Below are positions 6,380-15,419 of a DNA stretch of 44,774 nt, piece by piece. Both the position numbers and the translations under genes were made by a program. The stretch is from positions 1 to 44,774 of the IMG/VR virus record IMGVR_UViG_3300045988_107221, one strand, 5' to 3'. This stretch comes from a virus. How positions within the stretch are numbered: position 1 is the first letter of the stretch; every line of letters starts with the position of its first letter. Below the pieces are notes generated by a model. It was given only the letters and a program-made list of their open reading frames with translations. It searched no databases and was not told where the DNA came from.

Positions 6380-8293
6380 TTAATCTCCTTTCTTTACAAA
6401 GATCCGATATTTTTTACCTTTGATGGTTTTATCGACTATTTTAAAATCAAAATGCTTTTTTACCTGCTTGCTAAATTCAATGTTACTCATTGGATTAAAA
6501 CTGTTTGCAATACAAAATTCGTTATACTTCTTATAAACATTTCTTGTTGGTTCATTTTCAATCTTTACATCTTCTTTGAAGAATAACAAAATAGGATTAT
6601 TATTTTCTGTGTATTCTTGCAATGCTTTATCCACTTTTTCGGATGATGTGAATTTCCTATTCTTCAATACTCGTTTAAGACCTTGTATCCCTAAATTAAT
6701 CAAATACTGCATTGGTTCTTCCTGTATCAGTTTATACTTGATATAAGGATCAAAATCCGGGTCATTGGGCGAGAATCTCGCATCAAATGGAATGATAACT
6801 AATCGGCTTATTACCGCTCCTGACTTATCTTTGATTCGTGGAATATCATTTGCTGAAAATAGCAGCTTCGCATAATTGGAGAAGTCGAACGGGTCTTTTC
6901 CTTTTCGTTCAACATTGATGGGGTTACCCGAAGCTAATTTCTTAAATACAGAAGGATTTGGAATAAATTCGCTACCAATATCATCACCAATATTTGCAAG
7001 CTTTCCGAATAATTCTGCCGTCTTAAATCTATCCCCAAGTTCCTTTAAATCGAGTGATGCGATATTCTTTCTTCCAAGCAAATTCTCAATCATTGAAAGA
7101 AAGGTTGATTTTCCATTCTCTTTTTCACCCGTCAATATGAAACATTTTCGCAGCTCATTCCTTCTATAAAAGCAATAACCGATACATTCTTCCAAGAGCA
7201 TTCTAATACTCTCATCTTGGCACGCTAACTTATTAAGGGTCTTATCCGTTAACTCTGAATATGCATCTGGGTCATAATCATATTCAATCTTATTTGTAAT
7301 TACGATGTCAGGAGTAAACGGCTCTAATGTATCAGTTTCAATGTTATAAATACCATTGTTAAATGCGATATAATTCGCGTGACTCATTGGTATATCCTTA
7401 TCTATCAAAATATCAAGATAACTTAATACTTCAGTTCGTTTGGTCTTATTCAAATTGCTGATATGTTTTATCATTTGAGCTTCTATCTCTCTAACCCCAT
7501 CCACATAAATGCCATCTTTATAGATATGTAATTGACCATTGATCTTGATAATGTGATTTACATTTTTTAAATAGGTGGCAAACTTATCGAATAAGAAGGA
7601 ATTCTTCTTGAAGAAAATAGGTTTTTTAAAAGCATCATCTCTGGATAATGTTTCTAGTTCTTCTTCATCAAGTGGATTCTTTAAAACATATTTATTAATA
7701 ATTCTGAGAACTTCTCTTGATTCTTTTACACTGAAATCATTGGCTTGTAATGTAAGGATGTAATTAAACAATGCTTGATTTCTGCCATCGCCGGCTTCCA
7801 TTTCGAAAAATTTCATCTTTGTATAGACGGGCAGCAACCATTTTGGCAGCGCTTCATATTCTTCATCGGGAAAAATATCGTATAAAATGAATCTTTCTTC
7901 GTTATTATATTTCAATACCGAATATGAATTTTTGCAGCCAACCTTTATATCTGCCTGTATTCCACAAGCAAGTGTCTTATTTATTCCACATTTATCAAGA
8001 ATGATTTCACCCATTGAGTCGATATTTTTAAATAAGAAATGCTTACCTCTAGTCGTTTCATATACTCGACAATTACATTGGAGATCTTCCACGATGTCCA
8101 TCAATGTTTCTGATTGCTCATAATCATCTACATCAATCAACACTACATTATCCGCAATGATGCCGGCGTACTCAGGTAAATTCTTTACCTGTTCGTATGT
8201 TCTTAATTCTGCTGGTGATTTATTTTTAAAAGGCATTAAGCATTTCTTATCTTTTGTTGGTACATATCCTTTAAATAATGACACCTTTTTCAC
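6380..8293 (-). CDS. bifunctional primase-polymerase / D5-P4 family SF3 helicase
   Basis: 637 aa. N-terminal Prim-Pol motifs LIDVDD and TTRGKHFLF. C-terminal Walker A ILTGEKENGKST and Walker B-like NIGDDIG, as in P4-alpha/D5-type primase-helicases. Confidence 0.85.
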   Translation of the reverse strand: MKKVSLFKGYVPTKDKKCLMPFKNKSPAELRTYEQVKNLPEYAGIIADNVVLIDVDDYEQSETLMDIVEDLQCNCRVYETTRGKHFLFKNIDSMGEIILDKCGINKTLACGIQADIKVGCKNSYSVLKYNNEERFILYDIFPDEEYEALPKWLLPVYTKMKFFEMEAGDGRNQALFNYILTLQANDFSVKESREVLRIINKYVLKNPLDEEELETLSRDDAFKKPIFFKKNSFLFDKFATYLKNVNHIIKINGQLHIYKDGIYVDGVREIEAQMIKHISNLNKTKRTEVLSYLDILIDKDIPMSHANYIAFNNGIYNIETDTLEPFTPDIVITNKIEYDYDPDAYSELTDKTLNKLACQDESIRMLLEECIGYCFYRRNELRKCFILTGEKENGKSTFLSMIENLLGRKNIASLDLKELGDRFKTAELFGKLANIGDDIGSEFIPNPSVFKKLASGNPINVERKGKDPFDFSNYAKLLFSANDIPRIKDKSGAVISRLVIIPFDARFSPNDPDFDPYIKYKLIQEEPMQYLINLGIQGLKRVLKNRKFTSSEKVDKALQEYTENNNPILLFFKEDVKIENEPTRNVYKKYNEFCIANSFNPMSNIEFSKQVKKHFDFKIVDKTIKGKKYRIFVKKGD

Positions 8294-8603
8294 CTGCTGC
8301 CTTTATAAAATCTACTCCGGTTTCTTCTTTAATCACATTGAGGCAATCGTCAAAAGTGATATAACCTTTATTAAATGAATCTAAAAGGTCCAAGACTTTA
8401 TCGGAAAATCGGCTCAATCTAACTGCACCCCAATCAAATCCATCTCTAAGGGCATTCAATGACAATCCCATCATTAAGATGAAGGCTTTCGTCATTGCCT
8501 CATTTGCTGCATCCTCCTTTATCTTTTTAACCTGATCACAATTAAGTGTATAAGTTGGGGATTTTGTCATTACTCCAGCCTGTCTTCTCTGCGCCCTGTT
8601 CAT
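8271..8603 (-). CDS. hypothetical protein
   Basis: 110-aa ORF, translationally coupled (ATGA overlap) to the upstream small ORF. Confidence 0.6.
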   Translation of the reverse strand: MNRAQRRQAGVMTKSPTYTLNCDQVKKIKEDAANEAMTKAFILMMGLSLNALRDGFDWGAVRLSRFSDKVLDLLDSFNKGYITFDDCLNVIKEETGVDFIKAAGEKGVII

Positions 8604-8770
8604 TTGATCACCTCACTTTCCCAACATCTTTTACATGCCCCAGGGTGATTGAATTTTTTACACTTTTTAGATTCTTCGGTCGTTATCCCGAAATCATCCG
8701 GACAAAATTTTTTGACAAGCTTTTCTTTCTCCATGTCTAACTTGTCCATTGCGTATTGCATACCCGTCAT
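8600..8770 (-). CDS. small Cys-rich protein (56 aa, below the ORF-track cutoff)
   Basis: Translated by hand: MTGMQYAMDKLDMEKEKLVKKFCPDDFGITTEESKKCKKFNHPGACKRCWESEVIK. RBS GGAGGGG. It fills the gap between two CDSs exactly, and its stop overlaps the next ATG. Confidence 0.65.
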   Translation of the reverse strand: MTGMQYAMDKLDMEKEKLVKKFCPDDFGITTEESKKCKKFNHPGACKRCWESEVIK

Positions 8771-8771
8771 T

Positions 8772-9377
8772 TCAACCCCTCCTCACAATCACGTACCCGG
8801 CTGCCTTTGCTGCTGTCTTGAACCAATTAGTCTGTTCTTTCGCTTTCGCATTACCTCTTAATGCCTTATTCCTTACCTGATTTCTTACGTTACTTTTGAC
8901 TACTCGACCATTATCAATGATAGTCAGACGGCCTTTTTTGTCATACCCCACAAACGCTACAGTGTGGATTGGATTGCGCTGCTCGAATAACACGATGCAA
9001 TTATCATCTAATGCCGCTTTGATTTTTTTAATAACGTCCCCGTTGTTCTTTCCTGTAATAGCGTGCCACGTTGCGCGCGGGCGATGACAGATACCGTTGA
9101 TCGCTTTTACTGTTCCGTAAACCGTCAATTTACTGCCTGTATAACCGCGAACGTTCTTTTTTACCCAATTATAAATTTCTTTTGGATTCCAAATAGTTCC
9201 GTCTTTCTGTCTTATCTTTAAGAACTGCAAAGCGATACAAACGCCATTACGCAAGGAACAACCATGAGCTTTCTCAAATGCTCCCCATACATATGGTTTT
9301 GGGATTAAAATTTTTGTACCGTCATTTAAAACTAAACGGCTAGAATACCTCTTATCTTTTACAGATAAAATTTTCAT
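8772..9377 (-). CDS. hypothetical protein with a possible papain-like Cys/His/Asn arrangement
   Basis: ATG at 9377 preceded by GGAGGTG, 201 aa. HGCSLRNGVC ... NPIHTVAFVGYD ... IIDNG appear in the order expected of a Cys-His-Asp/Asn fold. Family not recognised. Confidence 0.55.
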   Translation of the reverse strand: MKILSVKDKRYSSRLVLNDGTKILIPKPYVWGAFEKAHGCSLRNGVCIALQFLKIRQKDGTIWNPKEIYNWVKKNVRGYTGSKLTVYGTVKAINGICHRPRATWHAITGKNNGDVIKKIKAALDDNCIVLFEQRNPIHTVAFVGYDKKGRLTIIDNGRVVKSNVRNQVRNKALRGNAKAKEQTNWFKTAAKAAGYVIVRRG

Positions 9378-9389
9378 TGTCAGCACCTC

Positions 9390-9533
9390 CTAAATATGCT
9401 CATGTGGTTCAAACGGTTCCGCATGCTTCTCAGATTCTTTTCTTATTAATTCGTTATATCTTTCAACGAATTCCATCGGTGTAATCTTACCTTCTTTCAA
9501 CTGTTTTTCTAATTCTAAATATATATCGCTCAT
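9390..9533 (-). CDS. small hypothetical protein (47 aa, below the ORF-track cutoff)
   Basis: Translated by hand: MSDIYLELEKQLKEGKITPMEFVERYNELIRKESEKHAEPFEPHEHI. It fills the polymerase-to-next-gene gap, and its stop abuts the next RBS. Confidence 0.55.
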   Translation of the reverse strand: MSDIYLELEKQLKEGKITPMEFVERYNELIRKESEKHAEPFEPHEHI

Positions 9534-9536
9534 TCT

Positions 9537-11237
9537 TTACGCCCCCACTCCATATTGAGCTAATCGCTCTTTTGTAAGATTGATATACCAGTTTTTATCT
9601 AAATTCAAAGGGACTTTTTTATCATTAATATTGCTGTTATCAATAAAACAACGATCTGGCGTATTTGCAAATTTTTCTATTGTTGCACCTTCTTTCTTGC
9701 ATTTGCCGATATAAGTATCATGATTATTCTTTGATGCAAATGCCCGATAACATTTTTCCGACATATATTTTCCGTTATGCCAAGCTCGCCAGTATTTTCC
9801 TGAGAGTTTTACAACCTTTTGGAACATTTTAAGTTCATTACAATCACTAATCGTCTTCTCCACTGGCACACCATTTGTCATATAATCGACCATTGCTTTA
9901 TTGATAATTGGAAGATCATTATCTACCGGACTAAGCGCTTTTGTATAGGCACCTTTGGTCTTTGTTTTACCTTCAGGACTCACCAAAAGGTAGTTGTTTA
10001 CGTCCTTCTGAAATACCTTCGTATAAATATCAAAACCCATTCGCATACCTGTTCGCTTTTCCCATTCCCAAACAATATCATCAATTAAGTCATAATCATC
10101 AATTGATTTCAGTTTGATTAAAATACCATCAGTATTGGACTGGATAAATTTCTCAATATATGGCTCAAGTTTTTCTATAAGATCTACGAGAAGAAGCTGG
10201 CCATTCACACAAATAGCATTGTTTTCTCGTGGATCATATAATGGTGAAAATGCATCTTTGAGCTGACCAGAAATTGCATTATCGGCAATTTTATATGGCA
10301 ATCTCGCAACCTTATTTCCGGTTGCTTTCATCCTAAGATTCTCACCATGAATCTTTTCGAAGTTTTCCGGATTTCCCATATTGCGATAGCCAAACTTATA
10401 TCTTTGTTGTAATGATGGATAGTAAGCTGTAACATCAGCCATGAGATAAATTCCTTCGCCAAAATATTTTTTGATGGCACCGTGTAATCCACCCCATGCG
10501 AGAGTATGCTCAACCCCTGCGATCATGATTTTCTGCTTTTTCTTATAGTCATGATTTTCAGGATTTCTATACCAATCTCTAACAGCTCGATATTTTTTCA
10601 GTTTCAACGTATCAACGATTGGAAATTCAAATTCGTCATCGAATTTCTTACCTTTACCGCCTAGAATTTTAGCTACACGCTGCGCTCCAGTTTTTCCCAT
10701 ATAAGTAAGTGGAAGATTAAAGATTTTCACAAGGCCCATGGCAGCATCAAATTCCGCTTTTCTTGCAAGCCATACTTCGATGGTCTGTTCTACATCATGG
10801 TTACAATAAAAGAATGTTTGTTCTATTTCCTTCTCAGTGAGTGGCCTATCAATATCGAAAGGTACTGAAGTTTCTCGAATGTCATTTCCCATAAATGCCT
10901 CAAGGCTTTTTAAACCTGTATCCATTCTCAACATGGTGTCAAAATTAATCATCGTGATCTTATTGAATAGACCTGAATACATCCAACCCGGTTTATTGTC
11001 TTTAATGATCCAGTCGTTAACTTCCTTCGGATTCATATCCAACAAAATGGCCTTCATAATATATTGATCGTATCGTCGATTGTTATAACCAATCCAGATT
11101 TCTTCACAATGTGCATCAAAATAATTTTTAAGCGCCTGAACGTCATCTACAATTTTAGTGACAATTTTTTCTATTGGATTAATAATGACGACCAACCAAT
11201 TATATTTAAAAATCTCGAAATCATAGAAATTTAACAT
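9537..11237 (-). CDS. DNA polymerase with 3'-5' exonuclease domain (family-B-like motifs)
   Basis: 566 aa. Exo motifs: ExoI YDFE, ExoII NNRRYDQYI, ExoIII YCNHDVEQT. Polymerase motifs: A DVTAYYPSL, B-like KIADNAISGQ, C-like SNTDGI. Confidence 0.8.
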   Translation of the reverse strand: MLNFYDFEIFKYNWLVVIINPIEKIVTKIVDDVQALKNYFDAHCEEIWIGYNNRRYDQYIMKAILLDMNPKEVNDWIIKDNKPGWMYSGLFNKITMINFDTMLRMDTGLKSLEAFMGNDIRETSVPFDIDRPLTEKEIEQTFFYCNHDVEQTIEVWLARKAEFDAAMGLVKIFNLPLTYMGKTGAQRVAKILGGKGKKFDDEFEFPIVDTLKLKKYRAVRDWYRNPENHDYKKKQKIMIAGVEHTLAWGGLHGAIKKYFGEGIYLMADVTAYYPSLQQRYKFGYRNMGNPENFEKIHGENLRMKATGNKVARLPYKIADNAISGQLKDAFSPLYDPRENNAICVNGQLLLVDLIEKLEPYIEKFIQSNTDGILIKLKSIDDYDLIDDIVWEWEKRTGMRMGFDIYTKVFQKDVNNYLLVSPEGKTKTKGAYTKALSPVDNDLPIINKAMVDYMTNGVPVEKTISDCNELKMFQKVVKLSGKYWRAWHNGKYMSEKCYRAFASKNNHDTYIGKCKKEGATIEKFANTPDRCFIDNSNINDKKVPLNLDKNWYINLTKERLAQYGVGA

Positions 11238-11294
11238 AATATCACCTTAAAATACCGTGCGGGGTATTATTTTCCCCGCACAAAAGAATGTAAT

Positions 11295-11771
11295 TTATTC
11301 AGCATCAAAAACTTCATTAATAGAAATATTATTGAAAGCATCCTTTTTATATTCAATTTCATATTCAAGGCCCATATCATCAATGGCTTCTGCTACATCC
11401 ATAATCATTTCATTGAACTGCTCATAAGATTCAAATGATGTATCGATAGGATTTCCATCTTCATCTTCTGCCTCCAGTTTGCTCAAAAATCCGGACACAC
11501 TACCAATCATAGATCCGTCATTTTTTGTTCCATAGATGACACGGTTCATAAACAGGCAGCTCCTTTTATGCTCACCTTCAGTAATACGAAACATCGCTTT
11601 AAACATTGGGCGATGATCTTTTGTTTCTCCAAGTTCGAGCTTTTCAAATATACCAATGTATGTACCGTCTTCAATTTCAGGATAATCTCCCATGCCATTT
11701 TTAGCTGCTTCTGCTGCATCAGCTTTGAGCTGATCCAAATTTACCTGTTCGTCAAATTTACTAAAATCCAT
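11295..11771 (-). CDS. acidic DUF669-like protein (possible ssDNA-binding partner of the AAA_24 ATPase)
   Basis: 158 aa and very acidic. Its position between an AAA_24-type ATPase and the polymerase is the usual context of DUF669. The family assignment is from memory only. Confidence 0.45.
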   Translation of the reverse strand: MDFSKFDEQVNLDQLKADAAEAAKNGMGDYPEIEDGTYIGIFEKLELGETKDHRPMFKAMFRITEGEHKRSCLFMNRVIYGTKNDGSMIGSVSGFLSKLEAEDEDGNPIDTSFESYEQFNEMIMDVAEAIDDMGLEYEIEYKKDAFNNISINEVFDAE

Positions 11772-11786
11772 TTATTTGTCCTCCTA

Positions 11787-12080
11787 TTATCCTTTGATAC
11801 AAGCATCTTTAAAATAAACTGTAATACTATCAATATTTCTACTAGATTTGACCGTGATAACTGTGTCTATATCTTCGAGTGTATTACACTCGGCCATCAT
11901 TAACGGCTCTGTGGCTTCTTCCGTGTACATTTTTCTATACAGCTTGTCAATTCTATCCGGGTCGGCCTCTAACTCGTTACCGCACAGCCCTATAAATTTA
12001 CATTTACTACAGTCATGACTGTCACAATAATTATTGATTGCGTTAAGTTTCTCGCTGGTAGTAAAACTATCAAATTTCAT
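11787..12080 (-). CDS. hypothetical Cys-rich protein
   Basis: Start moved to the ATG at 12080 (RBS GTGAGG), 97 aa. Contains NNYCDSHDCSKCKFIGLCG. Confidence 0.55.
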   Translation of the reverse strand: MKFDSFTTSEKLNAINNYCDSHDCSKCKFIGLCGNELEADPDRIDKLYRKMYTEEATEPLMMAECNTLEDIDTVITVKSSRNIDSITVYFKDACIKG

Positions 12081-12279
12081 TTTTAACCTCACTTTCATAA
12101 TCCGATATGTGTTCATAGCCTCTCTTGTACTTACTAAGTGTTATTTCCACGAAATATTCCCCCGGTTTGTCCGTCGTACTTACCTGTACCGGATAATTAT
12201 TATTTGCCAAAATGTGGAATAAATCATCAACACAAGAACCTTTTATTTTAAGTATTACTCTATTCGGTGTTGTGTCCAT
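12070..12279 (-). CDS. hypothetical protein
   Basis: 69-aa ORF packed tightly between neighbours on the same strand. Confidence 0.55.
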   Translation of the reverse strand: MDTTPNRVILKIKGSCVDDLFHILANNNYPVQVSTTDKPGEYFVEITLSKYKRGYEHISDYESEVKNEI

Positions 12280-12281
12280 TT

Positions 12282-13505
12282 TTACCCCCTTCTACGTCTG
12301 CGACGTGGTGCGGGTGTTTCTTCATGGGCATGGTCCTGTGCGGTAGTTGGGACAGTCATAGTCTTGTCCCCGGCATCCGTAGCACTTGTACGGGTAGACT
12401 CCCCCACACGTTCTTCTTCCGCTGCCTGCTCTGCTTCGGCTTCTGCCTCGGCCGCTGGTTTCTCTCTGTTCTTTCTTGTGCGGCGCGGCGGCTTGTCAAG
12501 TTTCGGCTCCTCGGCCTCCTCGAATGGGATTTCTTCTTTCTCGCCGGTTTCGTCTACGTTCGCATACGCCACTTTCTCGGCGTTGTCTTTCTCTACTTCT
12601 TCTCTGGATTTATCAGTAGCACGTCTTCTACGTTTCTTTGGTGGTTCTACATTTTCCTCAGGAACCTGTCCATCATCTGATTTCTCACCGGACCCGTCTC
12701 CGTCATCCACATTTCTTTCGGCTGTTTTTCTACCTCTCTTTGTTCCTGTTTCTTCTTTCTCTTCTTCCTGAGGTGTGTTCTCAGACTCTTCTTTTTTCGC
12801 ATTTCTTCTACCTCTCCTTTTCTTTCCATCCTCAATAGGAATATCATCTTTTTTAGCTGCCTCATCAATTTCAGCAATTTCATCATCTGTTAAGAACTCG
12901 CCAATTTCATAATAGTTGCGGATTTTTTCATCCACATATTTGAGGTCATTATCAATCACAATACTTGGAAACATGCCAATCGGACTTTTTACTGTATCGT
13001 GGCCACTGTTCTGTGTAATAAATGAATAAACACCGTCTGTCACATTGGTTTTTAACACAATGGTGAACATGCCTTCGACTGTGATTTTCTCATCGAGCAG
13101 CTTTCCAATTGTTTTGATCTTCTCATTACCATTAGCATCTCTTTCGATATGAGCTAAGAAATAAACTACCTGATCAGATGGAAGATCTTTTACCATATTA
13201 ACTAATGACCAGAAGTTTTGCGCAATTTCTATAAATTTGTCAAATCCGCGCTCCGTAGCTCGTCTCATAAATTCATTAGCCATCAAATACTGGGCATCAT
13301 CAATGACTGCAACTTTCTTCTTATTAAGTTTTAACTCCTTAATGACAATGCGATAATCGTCTGTCGTCACACTCTCAATCTTATTTTTGAAAGGAAGTGG
13401 TTTATTTGCTACATTGATAACCTTCAAATCTGACGGTTTAAAGTTTCTCAAACTTGCACTTTTACCTGTGCCTGATTCTCCTAAAATTAATACTGGAATA
13501 CCCAT
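12282..13505 (-). CDS. AAA_24 / Sak4-like P-loop ATPase with a ~190-aa highly charged C-terminal extension
   Basis: 407 aa. Walker A VLILGESGTGKSAS and Walker B-like VAVIDDAQ. From about residue 215 the sequence is E/K/R/A/P-rich low complexity and ends PAPRRRRRRG. The DNA encoding that tail is visibly richer in G+C. Confidence 0.75.
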   Translation of the reverse strand: MGIPVLILGESGTGKSASLRNFKPSDLKVINVANKPLPFKNKIESVTTDDYRIVIKELKLNKKKVAVIDDAQYLMANEFMRRATERGFDKFIEIAQNFWSLVNMVKDLPSDQVVYFLAHIERDANGNEKIKTIGKLLDEKITVEGMFTIVLKTNVTDGVYSFITQNSGHDTVKSPIGMFPSIVIDNDLKYVDEKIRNYYEIGEFLTDDEIAEIDEAAKKDDIPIEDGKKRRGRRNAKKEESENTPQEEEKEETGTKRGRKTAERNVDDGDGSGEKSDDGQVPEENVEPPKKRRRRATDKSREEVEKDNAEKVAYANVDETGEKEEIPFEEAEEPKLDKPPRRTRKNREKPAAEAEAEAEQAAEEERVGESTRTSATDAGDKTMTVPTTAQDHAHEETPAPRRRRRRG

Positions 13506-13696
13506 TATTCAATTACCTCCAATCTATCAACTGTTGCCCATTTTTCACATGCCAGGCCGTTTTTATCTGTGTACTCAATTAACGCCTGTGGACGTCCATA
13601 TAAATATTTGGCAATACATGTAACTGTACCTGTTATACCTGTGATTTCTTCTTTCACTTCCATACCTAATTCCAATTCAACGCTTACTTGTCCCAT
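13505..13696 (-). CDS. hypothetical protein
   Basis: 63 aa with a strong RBS (AAGGAGG). Its stop overlaps the next start. Confidence 0.6.
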   Translation of the reverse strand: MGQVSVELELGMEVKEEITGITGTVTCIAKYLYGRPQALIEYTDKNGLACEKWATVDRLEVIE

Positions 13697-13715
13697 TTAT
13701 TTTTCCTCCTTAAAT

Positions 13716-14150
13716 CTAATCAACCACGAAACTTCCAAACAATGGAAACCATTTATCTTCTGCTAAACTAGCGCCATCTGAGACTGCCTCAATCTTAATT
13801 GCACCATCAACACCTATCAGTAATCTCACAAACTGTGCTCTAGTGGTGCTCAACATAGATGTGTTTTGAACGATCGATACACTTTTAGTTGGTCTAAATC
13901 CTACTGGCAACGTTCCTATTGTACCGACAGCAGTAACTCCTTTAACTGACCCACGAATAAAACAAATGTTTCCTATTTTCCGATACTCTGGTACTGCACC
14001 AGTGTCATTATAAGGCTGGATGCCCGATGTAAGAGGTAGTGTGATCCATCCGCTATCAGTTATGGATGCTTGTTCCAGTGCAGCAACTCTATTTTGTAAC
14101 TGTACAACCTGTTGTTGTAATAACGCAATGTCTTCATAAATAGTAGCCAT
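13716..14150 (-). CDS. fibre-tip-like protein (N-terminal coiled coil plus beta-rich knob)
   Basis: 144 aa, RBS GGAGG. N-terminus MATIYEDIALLQQQVVQLQNRVAALE, then GWITLPL...YRKIGNICFIRGSVKG...LPVGFRP. This pattern is recalled from C-terminal receptor-binding domains of phage fibres. Confidence 0.5.
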   Translation of the reverse strand: MATIYEDIALLQQQVVQLQNRVAALEQASITDSGWITLPLTSGIQPYNDTGAVPEYRKIGNICFIRGSVKGVTAVGTIGTLPVGFRPTKSVSIVQNTSMLSTTRAQFVRLLIGVDGAIKIEAVSDGASLAEDKWFPLFGSFVVD

Positions 14151-14163
14151 AGCTCAATCCTCC

Positions 14164-14844
14164 TTAATTGTTTGTATAGTAAATTTGAACGAACCCGCTC
14201 AATGCAGTTCTGTCTTTACCTGTACCGATGCAGATTTTTCCATCATGTCTCAAGTAACATGAAATAATATTTGCAGGTGTAGGATGTGGATTTGGAAGTG
14301 GAATAGAATCTCCATCGCCATATACCATACCTTTAATATCGACCACTTTAATGTTTGCAGGTGTTAAACCACTTGAAATTTCTTTGATCGCATCATTTGG
14401 CAGATTACCGGTATTAATGGTTTTACAATATACAGGCTTTCCATCAAACATTTCATTTGTTATTTTTGATGAACCGGTGACCATTTCCTTATCGCCAATC
14501 ATAGCCCAATTGGAAAATGTTCCATTTTCCTGCATTCTTGTCCAAATACGATTGTTTGTTCTTTCGATATAATACTGTTTGTTATACTTCGTTCCCTGTG
14601 TACAATGCGGAATATTAATAAAATACCCGTTACTTGTACCGGTTGGTTTATTTACACATCCATTACCATAACCGACATAAATCTTACCAATGTAGGTATT
14701 TAGATTTTTGTCTGTAAGATCTATGGTGTATTTTGATAATAAATCATTTACGTCTGGTATATTCCCTGTTAAATTTGCGACGTCTTGTTGTACTGTTGTC
14801 ATTGCTACTTCTAAAGCGTCAACCCTTTCATATATTGTTGGCAT
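14164..14844 (-). CDS. fibre-tip-like protein (N-terminal coiled coil plus knob domain)
   Basis: 226 aa, RBS AAGGAGG. The N-terminus MPTIYERVDALEVAMTTVQQDVANL is paralogous to that of 13716..14150. The central NGYFINIP...RIWTRMQENGTFSNW resembles knob-type fibre domains. Confidence 0.5.
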   Translation of the reverse strand: MPTIYERVDALEVAMTTVQQDVANLTGNIPDVNDLLSKYTIDLTDKNLNTYIGKIYVGYGNGCVNKPTGTSNGYFINIPHCTQGTKYNKQYYIERTNNRIWTRMQENGTFSNWAMIGDKEMVTGSSKITNEMFDGKPVYCKTINTGNLPNDAIKEISSGLTPANIKVVDIKGMVYGDGDSIPLPNPHPTPANIISCYLRHDGKICIGTGKDRTALSGFVQIYYTNN

Positions 14845-14848
14845 AATT

Positions 14849-15418
14849 TTAATCCTCCTTTTCTATTACTCTTGATGCCCACATGTCTGCAAAATGTAGA
14901 ATCATATAAAGTGGTGTTTCTTTTCCTTGAATCTCATATTTCAACGGACCATAAAGGCCATTGTGATATAAAATCGCATGTTGTTCTTCTTCTGTGAGAT
15001 CAATAAACATGGTAGCAATGACCACACTTCTAATCTCATGTGGAATATTCAATAAATCTGAATTAGTAGTAAATGGTTTTACCTTTGACGGCTTACCATC
15101 TTTCAATATGTTTGGTACATATAATGATTTTCCGAATTGTCCACATTTCCCAAGGTCATGAAGTAATGAACAAATGACTACAGAATCCTGAATCTCATTA
15201 TATTTTGCTCCACCTAACCAAGCTACACCAAGCTTTTCAGCAAGATTTAGAACATTTATGCTATGCTCTGCAAGTCCTCCCTCTTTTGCAAGATGATATG
15301 ACCCGCTACACGGCGCTGTCAGAAATCCAATATTATTCATATAGTCGAGTAATTCAATCACGCCTTCTCTTTTTGTTTTCATAAGATAATCTCGGATAAT
15401 GTCTGCAACATTTTCCAT
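14849..15418 (-). CDS. HD-domain phosphohydrolase
   Basis: Start moved to the ATG at 15418 (RBS AAGGAG), 189 aa. Contains H...HDLGK and a later HNG/HFAD His-Asp pattern. Confidence 0.7.
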   Translation of the reverse strand: MENVADIIRDYLMKTKREGVIELLDYMNNIGFLTAPCSGSYHLAKEGGLAEHSINVLNLAEKLGVAWLGGAKYNEIQDSVVICSLLHDLGKCGQFGKSLYVPNILKDGKPSKVKPFTTNSDLLNIPHEIRSVVIATMFIDLTEEEQHAILYHNGLYGPLKYEIQGKETPLYMILHFADMWASRVIEKED

Positions 15419-15419
15419 A

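Noticed and set aside
12267-12838. Overlapping plus-strand ORFs (137, 135 and 66 aa) in the G+C-rich segment
   Set aside because: They are antisense to the charged tail of the AAA_24 ATPase gene. Their translations are Ser/Phe/Leu-rich low complexity, with no RBS. The open frames are explained by the lack of stop codons in G+C-rich purine-biased sequence.
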